Shown: in pieces, positions 1 to 10,178 of the stretch
Layout of the letters: every line of letters starts with the position of its first letter
Position numbering within the stretch: position 1 is the stretch's first letter
Source of the DNA: an uncultured candidate division Zixibacteria bacterium
Lineage (GTDB): Bacteria > Zixibacteria > MSB-5A5 > UBA10806 > 4484-95
Length of the DNA stretch: 64,000 nt
Assembly (NCBI GenBank): GCA_963668625.2
Contig: CAXXKA010000008.1
Span: 544,001 to 608,000, forward strand
Reading direction: 5' to 3'
The notes under the pieces: model-generated
The model's input: the letters and a program-made list of their open reading frames with translations, nothing else
The model's database searches: none
Told to the model about the DNA's origin: nothing
Made by a program: the position numbers and the translations under genes

Positions 1-829
1 CGGCTATGGCAACCTGACGGTAACATTCGTTTTTAACATCGCCGATAAACTGTATCAAGTTTCCGGCTAACAGATTTTCGAGGTTGCCAAGTACGCTGTC
101 CGATAAGAAACCAAGCTCGGGTTCGCGTCCTATTGCTATCACGAGATAATCAACCTTAGCATTGACTGAACCATCGGCCAATGCAATATCAAGTGATATA
201 CTTGAATCGACATTCCGCTTAATCCCAACCAGTTCTGCATTTTCGTGATAGGTAATAGTATCACATTCTCTGGCGCGACTCCGCAGAAGCGATAGAGATT
301 TGATATTGATACCGCGGTTATATATCGAGACTCTGTTATTTTTTGCAAGGTTTAATGCGTAATCGAAAGCGGCATCCCCGGCGCCTATAATCGCTATGTG
401 ACGGTTTGCGATTTCAGCAATCGAACTTATCTCGTACAATACTTTTCCGGCATAATCGGAGTCAACCACATCCCCGGTGTAGCGGTTGGCCCGTGTGCCG
501 GAGGCAACGAGTATATAATCGAAATCGTAGGTACTTTCATTGGTAGATAACGTAAAGCGGGAGCCATCATGAGTAACATTTAAGACAGCTTCGTGCCTGA
601 TATCTCTCTGGTGTTTCGCGAGATGTTTTTCGAATATTGTCACCAGTTCCGGTCCTGATATACCATCGGGGAACCCCGGATAGTTTTCCACCCGATTGGC
701 GTTCGATAACAGGCCACCTATAGAGGATTTTTCGAACAATGTTGGCTTGAGGCCATATCGGCTAAGCTGTATGGCGGCCGCGATACCAGCCGGTCCTGCG
801 CCGATTATTCCTATTGAGATATTACTCAT
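1..829 (-). CDS. Thioredoxin-reductase-like FAD-dependent pyridine nucleotide-disulfide oxidoreductase (3' end outside window)
   Basis: Manual translation from ATG at 829: MSNISIGIIGAGPAGIAAAIQL...FEKSSIGG...VENYPGFPDGISGPEL, later a second IIGAGDAA dinucleotide-binding motif; absent from ORF track because it runs off the window. Confidence 0.8.
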   Translation of the reverse strand, partial: MSNISIGIIGAGPAGIAAAIQLSRYGLKPTLFEKSSIGGLLSNANRVENYPGFPDGISGPELVTIFEKHLAKHQRDIRHEAVLNVTHDGSRFTLSTNESTYDFDYILVASGTRANRYTGDVVDSDYAGKVLYEISSIAEIANRHIAIIGAGDAAFDYALNLAKNNRVSIYNRGINIKSLSLLRSRARECDTITYHENAELVGIKRNVDSSISLDIALADGSVNAKVDYLVIAIGREPELGFLSDSVLGNLENLLAGNLIQFIGDVKNECYRQVAIA

Positions 830-847
830 ACGATCCAATTCTTTGAA

Positions 848-882
848 AATAAAAGTAGGGGCGCTCGATTGAACGCCCCTAT
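848..882 (-). terminator. Intrinsic terminator (GTAGGGGCG REP-like hairpin)
   Basis: TAGGGGCG-ctcgattgaa-CGCCCCTA inverted repeat followed on the minus strand by a T-rich run; downstream of 917..2044. Confidence 0.6.
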
Positions 883-916
883 TAGATTTTATGAAAATCC
901 GTTGTGTTACGGAATT

Positions 917-2044
917 CTATTCCTCGATCGCCTCGACATTGGCACGGGGTACGATAGCTTTCTCGCCATCGGGGAACTCCACACCCAGAACGCGAGCATG
1001 GGATTCCGATTCCAACTCCTGCAGCGGCGCGGGCAGATCGTAAACTTTGCCAAGTTTGCCGAAATAGGGTTCGCGGATAACACGAATATGAGAGCCGACA
1101 TTCAAGCCGACATTCTCTGTTTTAGCGAGATGCTCATCGACTTTGGCGTCCCCGGTTATCGGGATAACGACCTCGGGCCGGATTACGCCGGCGCGAATCT
1201 GGGTAGCCCCGTTTATACAGGCGAGCTTGCCCTCGTTGGCTTTTAACAGGTCGTAGGTTTTCTGGGCCATGGCGATCTCGCCGAAACCCTCGGTGACAAC
1301 CAGGGTGATACCTTTGGCCTCGTTACCGGTAATAGCAACGCCAAGGTCGTAGCCTAAGAAATCGCGGAGGTCTTTATCGTTGAAACCGCCGACTACGATA
1401 CCAACTGCGCCGACCTTGATAGCCTGGTTAAGGCCGTTTGCCGTTACCAGCTTGCCGCCGACAATCACGCAGCCCTTGCAGGACTCATCGATATCTTTCT
1501 CGCGAAGTACCTCATCGGTAGACTTGGAGACTATTTTGATCGGTCCGTGGGCCTCGCCACCGATACCGAAAATACCCTGGGCAAACGCACCCCAGGTAGT
1601 AACCGCCACACCCTCCTCGGAGAATATCTCGGTTACCTCGCCATCCAGGTAAGCCCTGACCTCAACCGGCATCGGGGCGCCGCGCAGAAGTACCTGGCCG
1701 GTGATACTGGATATATTCTCGATAGTGCCGGAAATCTTTGCCTTGGCGTTCGAGCTGAACAGCCCGAAGAATGATTTCGATTTGGCGATCTCATCACCCT
1801 GTTCAACGTAATCGCCCTCTTTACAGAGCATGGCCTCGAGTACATCCTCAGGTGGTACACCCAGGATATTAGCTACGTTGATCGGTTCCACCGGTCCGGG
1901 GATCTCGGTGCGGGCCACTACGGTTTCGGCCTCGACCTTATCGCCCACCTTAACCACGACATCGCCCTTAAGGGGCAGGATGCGTTTTTTAACTACTTTC
2001 GTCTTCAGGGTTACGCGAAGACCTGGTGTATATGCATGAGCCAT
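917..2044 (-). CDS. Uncharacterised protein (biotinyl/SBHM-like N-terminus, C-terminal KOW-like motif); probable partner of the GlmL-like ATPase
   Basis: 375-aa ORF; VVVKVGDKV/KEGDYVEQGDEIA hairpin-type repeats; C-terminal GSHIRVIREPYFGKLGKV KOW-like motif. Confidence 0.7.
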   Translation of the reverse strand: MAHAYTPGLRVTLKTKVVKKRILPLKGDVVVKVGDKVEAETVVARTEIPGPVEPINVANILGVPPEDVLEAMLCKEGDYVEQGDEIAKSKSFFGLFSSNAKAKISGTIENISSITGQVLLRGAPMPVEVRAYLDGEVTEIFSEEGVAVTTWGAFAQGIFGIGGEAHGPIKIVSKSTDEVLREKDIDESCKGCVIVGGKLVTANGLNQAIKVGAVGIVVGGFNDKDLRDFLGYDLGVAITGNEAKGITLVVTEGFGEIAMAQKTYDLLKANEGKLACINGATQIRAGVIRPEVVIPITGDAKVDEHLAKTENVGLNVGSHIRVIREPYFGKLGKVYDLPAPLQELESESHARVLGVEFPDGEKAIVPRANVEAIEE

Positions 2045-2351
2045 AAGCTTCCTCTATTTTTAAAATTCACATTACATGCCAATTACAAAGTGATATGATA
2101 ATAAATAAGGTTTTCAAAGGCAACAGGTTTTGTGGAGAGAATGGCTGACCGAGTCAAGGTTTATCTGGCCGGCGGCGGTGGCTGGGAAGGATTCCCGACA
2201 GCGTAGTGTTGGATATGTGGCAGCATTGGAGAACCGACGAAATCGCAACGAGTTAAAGCTTGGCAGACAGCTTGCAGCATCCAGTAAGGTTAAACTCTAC
2301 GCTATGTTCGGTGGTAAACATTTACGGATGAATTATAATCATTTAGATATT

Positions 2352-2605
2352 CACCACTGTCCGGCCTTTCCATCTCGTTACGAAACGCTGGATCGCAACG
2401 TGGCTTGTTTGCCTGCAGAATGCGCATTCTACATGACTCAAGAAGGTTTCCAGGCAGCGTTTGGAAACCAGGGAACTAAGCCTAACATCGACAGGATATA
2501 TCAGGATGCATGATACGCTGAATATATATTTATATCGGAAAATATCTTTTACTAACAATTTCAGGAAGAAATTTAAAATTTATCGAAAAACACCGGACAC
2601 TAGTG
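2352..2605. mobile_element. MITE-like element, copy 1
   Basis: Terminal inverted repeats CACCACTGTCCGG / CCGGACACTAGTG; 9-bp direct repeat TTAGATATT at 2343-2351 and 2606-2614; inverted homologue at 31088-31342. Confidence 0.85.
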
Positions 2606-2749
2606 TTAGATATTAGCAAATGATAAAGCTTCGATTTTAACGTACACACCGGCTGTGCAGGCGGTTTTTAATATTAACGAAAAAAAAACGCATCTATAAA
2701 ACAGCGACTTCTATCCGAATTATTCGAATGCGATATCTCCAGCTACCGC

Positions 2750-3706
2750 CTATTTCCTTACGGCAATGGCAATGTTGTTATAGCGTGAATCAACCCTATC
2801 AATTGGTATTTCACTGGGGCGAGTATCGAATAGATTTCTAAAAAACAGTGTTGTGTATATCGAAATCTTGTTGATTGCTTTCAAGCCATACATGGTATAT
2901 TTATACTTTTTGCTTTCCTCTAGTTTGCCTATCCATCCGAAAATTTTGGGATATGACCAGGGCAAGGTTTTATATTTAACTCCGTAATATTGTTTGCTAT
3001 CGAATCCCAGGCTTGTGAGCATGTTTTTCATATTTTCGCCGTTAAAAAAATATAAGTGCGTAGCCGGCGCTTTAAATGATATCCCTACACTACACAATTC
3101 ATAATCCTGATTAGGCACGTCGATGTACAAAAATCCACCATCTACGAGCAAGTTGTCATATATATATTTAATAGCTTCTTGTGGGTTCTCGATATGCTCG
3201 AGCACATGTGACATAATTACCAGATCGTATTTTTGTTTTAATCCGGCATTCTCCATATAATCCTGAATTACTGTTACATCAGGTATTAGGGATAAGATTG
3301 CGCAATGATTTTTATTGGGTTCAAGAGCCGTTATATTAATATTGGGATGATTTTTCCTAATTAATCTCAGTAAAACGCCATCACCGGAGCCTATTTCCAG
3401 AATATTACTTATGTTTTCTAAACCGATAGTGTATTGGATGAATCCATAATGATGTCTTGAGGCGGCTCTGGATTCCAGCCATGACGGCATTGGGGATTTA
3501 TCAACGTACTCCGATATAACATCTCTAACCATCTCCTGCCGGAACGCCTGTCCGCACGAGGCGCATCTATCGATTTGCGGATTGTTTCTGAAAACAGATA
3601 ACATCTCGCTTCCGCAAAAAGGGCAATTTTTATGCATTAATTTCGTATAATCAGCTAGCCTGTTAGTTTTATATTTATTTACTGTTATTAAATTAGTCAA
3701 TATCAC
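2750..3706 (-). CDS. Class I SAM-dependent methyltransferase with N-terminal Zn ribbon
   Basis: CPFC...RCASC, ILEIGSGDG motif I, YDLVIMSHVLEH; AT-rich; true start may be MHKNCPFC. Confidence 0.8.
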   Translation of the reverse strand: MILTNLITVNKYKTNRLADYTKLMHKNCPFCGSEMLSVFRNNPQIDRCASCGQAFRQEMVRDVISEYVDKSPMPSWLESRAASRHHYGFIQYTIGLENISNILEIGSGDGVLLRLIRKNHPNINITALEPNKNHCAILSLIPDVTVIQDYMENAGLKQKYDLVIMSHVLEHIENPQEAIKYIYDNLLVDGGFLYIDVPNQDYELCSVGISFKAPATHLYFFNGENMKNMLTSLGFDSKQYYGVKYKTLPWSYPKIFGWIGKLEESKKYKYTMYGLKAINKISIYTTLFFRNLFDTRPSEIPIDRVDSRYNNIAIAVRK

Positions 3707-3850
3707 CTCGCTTTTAAAAATAATATCGGAGAGTACGGCAAAAATTATAGTATAGAAATATTACTGTTCTAATAATTAACCGGTACACACATAAAAAAAA
3801 CCGCCTCTTATCACAGAGACGGTTTAATTGTTCAATACGAATTTTATGGC

Positions 3851-5719
3851 TTAATACTTGCTGATCAAATTCTCCAGACGGTCTTTGTCGTAGATATCCA
3901 TCTCGAGCATCCACTCTCTCAGCTTGGTTACCCGGACATTGGCATCCTCGGAAAGGTTAAATGGACGACCACGGCCATCCAGCACCACGCCGACTACGCC
4001 GCCTGAAACCATGCCCTCGATCTTGTTACCTTTGCCGGCGCCCAAATCGAATCCACGGGCGGGTTGGAACTCGGCTTTCGCTTTCGCCGGTAAACCTTTC
4101 TCGTCGATACCCAGCTTGATCAGTTTTAACTGGCCGAACTTGATCGTGCCCTGCTCGGTTTTACCATCGGGCATAGCGATTTTGTAGGTCATAATCTCTT
4201 TATCGATTTTGCCCTCGCCCACCGGCGCCACGCAGGTACCCAGGTGAATCAGGCAGTCCTTGGTAAACACCTCGGTAGCGGCTTTTTGGTGAAGAGCCGA
4301 GAGCACGCCGAGCTGCGGCATCATGAATATCGAGTCGACCGCCAGGCGGGTGATACCCTCGGGCAGGAACGAATCGATCATCATGAGAGCCGACTGCTGA
4401 CGGCGAGGAGCATGCGAGAGCACGCCGCCGGAACCGACCAGCATATCGAGTGTCATCATATTTACGAGCGAGGCTCCCGAGGTTGTTTGCTCGAAAGCAT
4501 CCGCGATAGTGCGTTGCTGTTGCACGCCTTTTAGCACCGTGGCAAACGACCTGTGCTGTACGAACGCCAGCCTCAAGGCCTCCTTGGCGATCGCCTGCTC
4601 CAGGATCAATTCCTCGAGCATCTGCGGGATTGTCGTGGGGCGCACCATTTTATTTTTGATACGGTTACGCAGGTCGCGCTCATCCATGTTGAACGGCACC
4701 CAGCGCATGACTTTCGGCAGTGTCGCCTCGGCGAACACGTTCGATACCGAGTAACTCATACCGAGGTTGGCCGAGACGGTACGGTTGAAAATGCCCTCGG
4801 CGCCCTCGGGGCGGAACACACTGAAAATATCAGTGGTAGCGCCGCCGATATCCACACCGACGACCTCTATATTTTCTATATCGGAAATTGTCTTGATAAT
4901 AAGTCCGACCGCACCTGGTGTCGGCATGATCGGCGCGTCGGTCCAGGTCATCAACTTGGAATAACCGGGGGCCTGAGCCATGACATGCTCCATGAACAGG
5001 TCGTGGATTTTCTCTCGTGCAGGAATCAGGTTCTCGCGTTCGAGCACCGGTCGAAGGTTATCCACGATATCCAGAGCCGTTTTCTTTTCCAGCGAATCTT
5101 TCACTGGCTGACGGGCATCAACATTACCGGCATAGATTACCGGCAGATTGTACCCGGAACCCAGACGGGGTTTAGGATCGGCCGCCGAAATAAGTTCGGC
5201 CAACTCGACTACGTGAGTAGTGGTACCGCCATCAATACCGCCGGAAAGCAGGATCATATCGGGTCTCAGGTGACGAATTCTTTCGATCTGCTGGTGCGGC
5301 AAGCGTTTATCGTTGGAGGCAATAACATCCATGACAATTGCGCCGGCGGTCATAGCGGCACGTTCGGCCGACTCGGCGGTCATCGAGCGCACGACACCGG
5401 CAACCATCATTTGAAGGCCACCACCTGCCGATGAGGTAGAGATATAAATATCAGTACCATCATTTCCTTTGGCGGGTGATATGATTTTATTGTCTTTGTC
5501 TAAAAGCTTACGGCCGGAAAGCTCCTCGACCTCACCGATAGCGTTAAGAACGCCCATCGTAACATCCTCGAACGGCGCCTCAACGGTGGTTGGAGCCTCG
5601 CCTCTTACAATCAGACGATATTCGCCGTCACGATATTCAATAAGAATCGCTTTTGTGGTGGTAGAGCCACAGTCGGTGGCTACGATAACTTTTATATCTT
5701 CAGGCTTTAGATTCTTCAT
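3851..5719 (-). CDS. Glutamate mutase L (GlmL/MutL-family) actin-fold ATPase
   Basis: TDCGSTTTK, SSAGGGL, LLSGGIDGG, MPTPGAV, VDIGGATTDIFS motifs. Confidence 0.8.
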   Translation of the reverse strand: MKNLKPEDIKVIVATDCGSTTTKAILIEYRDGEYRLIVRGEAPTTVEAPFEDVTMGVLNAIGEVEELSGRKLLDKDNKIISPAKGNDGTDIYISTSSAGGGLQMMVAGVVRSMTAESAERAAMTAGAIVMDVIASNDKRLPHQQIERIRHLRPDMILLSGGIDGGTTTHVVELAELISAADPKPRLGSGYNLPVIYAGNVDARQPVKDSLEKKTALDIVDNLRPVLERENLIPAREKIHDLFMEHVMAQAPGYSKLMTWTDAPIMPTPGAVGLIIKTISDIENIEVVGVDIGGATTDIFSVFRPEGAEGIFNRTVSANLGMSYSVSNVFAEATLPKVMRWVPFNMDERDLRNRIKNKMVRPTTIPQMLEELILEQAIAKEALRLAFVQHRSFATVLKGVQQQRTIADAFEQTTSGASLVNMMTLDMLVGSGGVLSHAPRRQQSALMMIDSFLPEGITRLAVDSIFMMPQLGVLSALHQKAATEVFTKDCLIHLGTCVAPVGEGKIDKEIMTYKIAMPDGKTEQGTIKFGQLKLIKLGIDEKGLPAKAKAEFQPARGFDLGAGKGNKIEGMVSGGVVGVVLDGRGRPFNLSEDANVRVTKLREWMLEMDIYDKDRLENLISKY

Positions 5720-5888
5720 TAATGCCTCACAATCTTAAGTCAATATCCGAATTACAATTTGAGAATATGATAAATTAGGATTACAAAGTCAAACAATTTC
5801 GGGGTATCCAGTTTGATATCGTAGAAAATTCATTTATGGAATGTTGACAATTGCCCGATAGAAATACTAGGGAGATATAGATATTTAA

Positions 5889-6077
5889 ATGATAAAGATG
5901 CCACAACTCATAATGGGGATATTCTTTGGCATGCTTGGACTTGCCATGATCATCCATTTCTGGGGAGATTTCGGGATTAAAGCCATCGTCTCCGATCTGG
6001 TGGGGTTATCACTGGTTTTAATGGGTACATTTAACTTTTATATGTATATCAAACAACGACGAGATGCCTTAAAATAG
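5889..6077 (+). CDS. Small two-TM membrane protein
   Basis: 62 aa, two hydrophobic segments, GGAG upstream. Confidence 0.5.
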   Translation: MIKMPQLIMGIFFGMLGLAMIIHFWGDFGIKAIVSDLVGLSLVLMGTFNFYMYIKQRRDALK

Positions 6078-6272
6078 TAAAAAGAAGTCCCAAATATAAT
6101 ACTTAAAGATGGGTTAGTAGTAAAAACAATTTGCGGCTTTCTTGAAATTGTGATAGAGAAAGTATCGGAATCGATCGAATAAATCGATTAAACTGCAATT
6201 ATTTGTAGCCAGAAAATAAGTCGCAGAACTTGATAAAATCGGGTGAGGCAACAATCAGGATTGGAATGAGGC

Positions 6273-7616
6273 GTGGTGGAAATTAGCGAACAGACCAGTA
6301 AGTTGAAACGTGATGCTCTGAAAGTAATCTGGCAGGCTATCGAATCGGTTAACCCGGAAAATGCAATCAACCGGAATTTCAGGCTAAAATACGAAAATCT
6401 CCATGTTGGTGACACCATTCTGAAACTCTCGGATTTTCAGAAAGTCCATATTGTCGGGGCGGGTAAAGCCTCCACCCAGATGGCTAAAGCGTTGGAAAAT
6501 ATTTTATTGAAACGTCTGACCGGAGGTATGGTATACACCAAGCGCGGCAGCGAGGTACCGCTTCATACGGTAAACGTATTTGCCGCGGATCACCCGGTGC
6601 CTGACCGCGACAGCTTGTTGGCAGCCCAGAGAACGATGGAATTCGCTAAAAATTGTGAGTTACAGGACTTGATTATTTGCCTGATTTCCGGCGGCGCCTC
6701 GGCCATGTGGAGTTTGCCGGTATCGGGAGTGAATTTCGAGGACAAGCAAAAGACAGTGGCGACACTTCTTAAATGCGGCGCGAATATTCACGAGATGAAT
6801 ACGATCAGGAAACATCTTTCGCGTATCAAAGGCGGTCATCTGGCCCAGATGGCGCATCCCGCCACCGTGGTTACGCTGGCTATTTCCGATGTCGTTGGGG
6901 ATGAGATATCATCCATAGGCTCCGGACCCACCGTGGGTGATCCCACCACATTCAAGCAGGCAATGGCGGTACTGGAAAAATATAATATCGCGTTGGAATT
7001 ACCATCATCGGTATTGGACTATTTATGGAACGGCGCCCAGCGTAAAAACAAGGAAACTCCTAAGCCATCGGATCCGCTATTCAAGAAAAATCCCGTATGT
7101 ATTATCAGTACCAATGGCGACGCTTTAAATACCGCTATGGAAACAGGCCGTCACCTGGGATACAAAACCTATATCCACACCGGCAAGCTAACCGGCGAGG
7201 CCTCGGTTATCGGGCCGAAACTGGTTCAGAAAATAAAGGAGATGGCAGCCTCTCGCCGCCCGGGCGATCAGCCTATCATGATGCTTTCAGGGGGTGAGAC
7301 GACTGTCACCGTGAAAGGTAACGGCAAAGGCGGACGAAATCAGGAACTGGCATTGGCCGCCGCTATCGCGCTCGAGGGTGAACACGAGATCATAGCCGCC
7401 TCCATAGGCACCGATGGTGTTGACGGCGAGACGGATGCCGCCGGCGCATTCGCCGATAGCACAACGATTACTCGCGGTAAGGCAAAAGGCCTTGATGCCG
7501 CCGCTTATCTGGCGGATAATAACAGCTACGAATATTTCAGTAACCTTGGCGATTTGATAAAAACCGGGCCCACCGGAACAAATGTCATGGATATTCAAGT
7601 ACTAGTAATCAGTTAA
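6273..7616 (+). CDS. Glycerate 2-kinase (TtuD/MOFRL family)
   Basis: GAGKAS, LISGGASA, RKHLSRIKGG, GGETTV, GGRNQE, GTDGVDG, TGPTGTNVMD. Confidence 0.9.
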   Translation: MVEISEQTSKLKRDALKVIWQAIESVNPENAINRNFRLKYENLHVGDTILKLSDFQKVHIVGAGKASTQMAKALENILLKRLTGGMVYTKRGSEVPLHTVNVFAADHPVPDRDSLLAAQRTMEFAKNCELQDLIICLISGGASAMWSLPVSGVNFEDKQKTVATLLKCGANIHEMNTIRKHLSRIKGGHLAQMAHPATVVTLAISDVVGDEISSIGSGPTVGDPTTFKQAMAVLEKYNIALELPSSVLDYLWNGAQRKNKETPKPSDPLFKKNPVCIISTNGDALNTAMETGRHLGYKTYIHTGKLTGEASVIGPKLVQKIKEMAASRRPGDQPIMMLSGGETTVTVKGNGKGGRNQELALAAAIALEGEHEIIAASIGTDGVDGETDAAGAFADSTTITRGKAKGLDAAAYLADNNSYEYFSNLGDLIKTGPTGTNVMDIQVLVIS

Positions 7617-7676
7617 AATATACAACCGGGCCAAACAATATTATATCCATTCCTTACTTTATCTCTGGGGGATATT

Positions 7677-8888
7677 ATGAGTGATTTTTTTCAGAATGGG
7701 ATAGTATCGACTTTTCATCGCCTGAACGCCACCGATTTAGAACGCCTGGAAAATGACCTTCTGGGGTTTTCCACTAAAAAACCGATTACGCTCGTTCTGC
7801 CTTCTCTATACTCAGAGATCCATGGTAAAGGTTTGAAGAAAATCGTACAGGAGCTTAAACATGTTAATTATCTCCGGGAAATCGTGTTGACCCTGGGCCC
7901 CGCCGACAAAGATCAGTTTTACGAGATAAAGAAATTCTTCTCGGAACTTCCCCAGGAGGTAAATATTATCTGGAATAGCGGTTCGCGTGTTAGCGCATTG
8001 TACGAGGAGTTAATAGAAAGCGGTCTCGATCCCGGCCCGGACGGCAAAGGACGCAGCACCTGGATGGCGTACGGCTATATACTGGCTAAGAGGGATAGCG
8101 AAGTCATCGCCCTGCACGATTGCGATATTATCACGTACTCGCGCGAGATGCTGGGTTGGCTTCTATACCCCGTCGCTTCCGACAGGCTCGACTACGAATT
8201 CTGCAAGGGATTCTACAGCCGTATCACAGATAAAATGCATGGCCGAGTTACCCGGTTGTTCGTATCTCCGTTGATCCAGGCGCTGATGAAAGTTGTTGGC
8301 AATCATGATATACTCCGCTATTTCAACAGTTTCCGCTATATACTGGCGGGTGAGTTTTCGATGACAACGGAGCTGGCAAGGATAAACAGGATACCCGCCG
8401 ACTGGGGCCTGGAGGTGGGAGTACTGGCCGAGATTTATCGGAATTGCTCCGTGAACCGTATCTGCCAGGCGGAGCTTTGCGATAATTACGAGCATAAACA
8501 TCAAACACTTTCTGCCGATGACAAAAATAAGGGTTTGAATAAGATGGCGATCGATATTGCCAAATCGATATTCCGAACCCTGGCCAGCGAGGGGGTTATA
8601 TACAACACGGGGTTCTTTAACACCTTAATAACAGCCTATCAACGCGTTGCCGAGGACTTGATAACCAAGTACCGGGGCGATGCCATGATTAACGGCCTCT
8701 TTTATGATAAGCACGAGGAGGAGGTGGCTGTTGGTGTTTTTTCGCAGGCGATAAAACACGCCGCGAATGTTATTCAGGATGATCCTCTAGGGCCGCCGAT
8801 GATACCAAATTGGACAAGGGTATTCTCGGCAATCCCCGACCTGGACCAAAAATTATTGGAGGCGGTAACCCTGGATAACAAGGATTGA
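7677..8888 (+). CDS. gpgS: Glucosyl-3-phosphoglycerate synthase-like glycosyltransferase
   Basis: MSDFFQNG start, GKGRSTW, HDCDI, GRVTRL, YILAGEF, DWGLEVG, YEHKHQ; operon with MpgP-type phosphatase. Confidence 0.75.
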   Translation: MSDFFQNGIVSTFHRLNATDLERLENDLLGFSTKKPITLVLPSLYSEIHGKGLKKIVQELKHVNYLREIVLTLGPADKDQFYEIKKFFSELPQEVNIIWNSGSRVSALYEELIESGLDPGPDGKGRSTWMAYGYILAKRDSEVIALHDCDIITYSREMLGWLLYPVASDRLDYEFCKGFYSRITDKMHGRVTRLFVSPLIQALMKVVGNHDILRYFNSFRYILAGEFSMTTELARINRIPADWGLEVGVLAEIYRNCSVNRICQAELCDNYEHKHQTLSADDKNKGLNKMAIDIAKSIFRTLASEGVIYNTGFFNTLITAYQRVAEDLITKYRGDAMINGLFYDKHEEEVAVGVFSQAIKHAANVIQDDPLGPPMIPNWTRVFSAIPDLDQKLLEAVTLDNKD

Positions 8889-8894
8889 GTCAAA

Positions 8895-10172
8895 ATGAAA
8901 TACTACACCTCGTTGAGACCCTATGTCTCTAAAAGAATCGAGTTAATCGAGAAGGCCGATATATTAGTCGGTATCCCGGCGTACAATAATATGGGAACTG
9001 TCGGGCATGTGATCGAGATGGTATCGAGTGGCCTGTATGATCATTTCAAGGATAAACGGTCGGTGATAATGATCGCAGACGGCGGTTCCACCGATGATAC
9101 CCGTGATGTTTGCGATACCACGCCGATTAAACCCTGGCAGGAGAAACTCGTTACGATATATCGAGGGCCGTCCGGTAAAGGTACCGCCCTGCGTTCGATA
9201 TTCGAGGCCGCCGACCGTCTGAAAGTAAAAGCCTGTATGGTGGTCGATTCGGATTTGCGCAGTATCACCGGCGACTGGGTAAAAAACCTGCTCGATCCGG
9301 TTATTCTCCAGGATTTCGATTTCGTCGCCCCAATATATTGCCGTCACAAATACGATGGCACTATCACCAATAACGTGGTGTACTATCTCACCCGCTCGCT
9401 ATACGGTAAACGCGTCCGTCAACCTATTGGCGGCGATTTCGCCATCTCGCAGCGTATGGCGAATTTCTATATGAACCAGGATGTCTGGGAGACCGATATC
9501 GCCAAGTTCGGCGTGGATATCTGGATGACTACCAGCGCTATCGTTAACGATTTCAAAACCTGTCAGGCTCATCTAGGGGTGAAAGTTCATGATGCAAAAG
9601 ACCCGGCGGTGCATCTGGCGCCAATGTACAGGCAGGTGGTAACTACGCTATTTGCCCTGATGGAACAATACGACAAGCATTGGCGAACAGTCGAAGGCTC
9701 GGAGCCTACTCCTATATTCGGCCAGGACCCGGGAATCGAGCCCGAGCCGATTACGGTGGATGTCAAAGCACTGGTCAGGAAATTCAGGTTCGGCTACAAA
9801 TATTTCGGTGTGCTCTGGCAAAAACTGTTTTCCGAGGGAGTATATGAGGAGATCAAGAAAGCCTCGAAACTTTCGGATGAGGAATTCACATTCGATATAG
9901 AGGTTTGGGCGAAGATATTATTCGAGATTGCCGCCACATTCCATAAATGGGAGCACAACAAATTCAAGCTGGTTGAACTTTCCACACCGTTGTACTATGG
10001 ACGTATCGCGTCGTTTATCAATAAGACGAAGGATTTATCCAGTCTGGAGGCCGAAAAGGTAGTCGAGAAAGATGCTGAAGTATACGAGAAGATGAAACCG
10101 GTACTTCTGGATTTATGGGATAGGCCGCTCGAAAATCATTTCGATACCGATCCGGAGCTTGATGATGTATAA
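8895..10172 (+). CDS. Glucosylglycerate/mannosylglycerate synthase-like GT2 glycosyltransferase
   Basis: VGIPAYNN, DGGSTDDT, GKGTAL, VDSDLRSI, RQPIGGDF, FGVDIWMT, KVHDAKDP. Confidence 0.75.
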   Translation: MKYYTSLRPYVSKRIELIEKADILVGIPAYNNMGTVGHVIEMVSSGLYDHFKDKRSVIMIADGGSTDDTRDVCDTTPIKPWQEKLVTIYRGPSGKGTALRSIFEAADRLKVKACMVVDSDLRSITGDWVKNLLDPVILQDFDFVAPIYCRHKYDGTITNNVVYYLTRSLYGKRVRQPIGGDFAISQRMANFYMNQDVWETDIAKFGVDIWMTTSAIVNDFKTCQAHLGVKVHDAKDPAVHLAPMYRQVVTTLFALMEQYDKHWRTVEGSEPTPIFGQDPGIEPEPITVDVKALVRKFRFGYKYFGVLWQKLFSEGVYEEIKKASKLSDEEFTFDIEVWAKILFEIAATFHKWEHNKFKLVELSTPLYYGRIASFINKTKDLSSLEAEKVVEKDAEVYEKMKPVLLDLWDRPLENHFDTDPELDDV

Positions 10173-10178
10173 TGAAGC

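Noticed and set aside
2130-2558. ORFs 2130..2513 and 2343..2558
   Set aside because: Read through the non-coding MITE; no recognisable domain
4553-5434. 293-aa plus-strand ORF and similar long overlapping ORFs elsewhere
   Set aside because: Antisense to well-supported genes, with no motifs of their own
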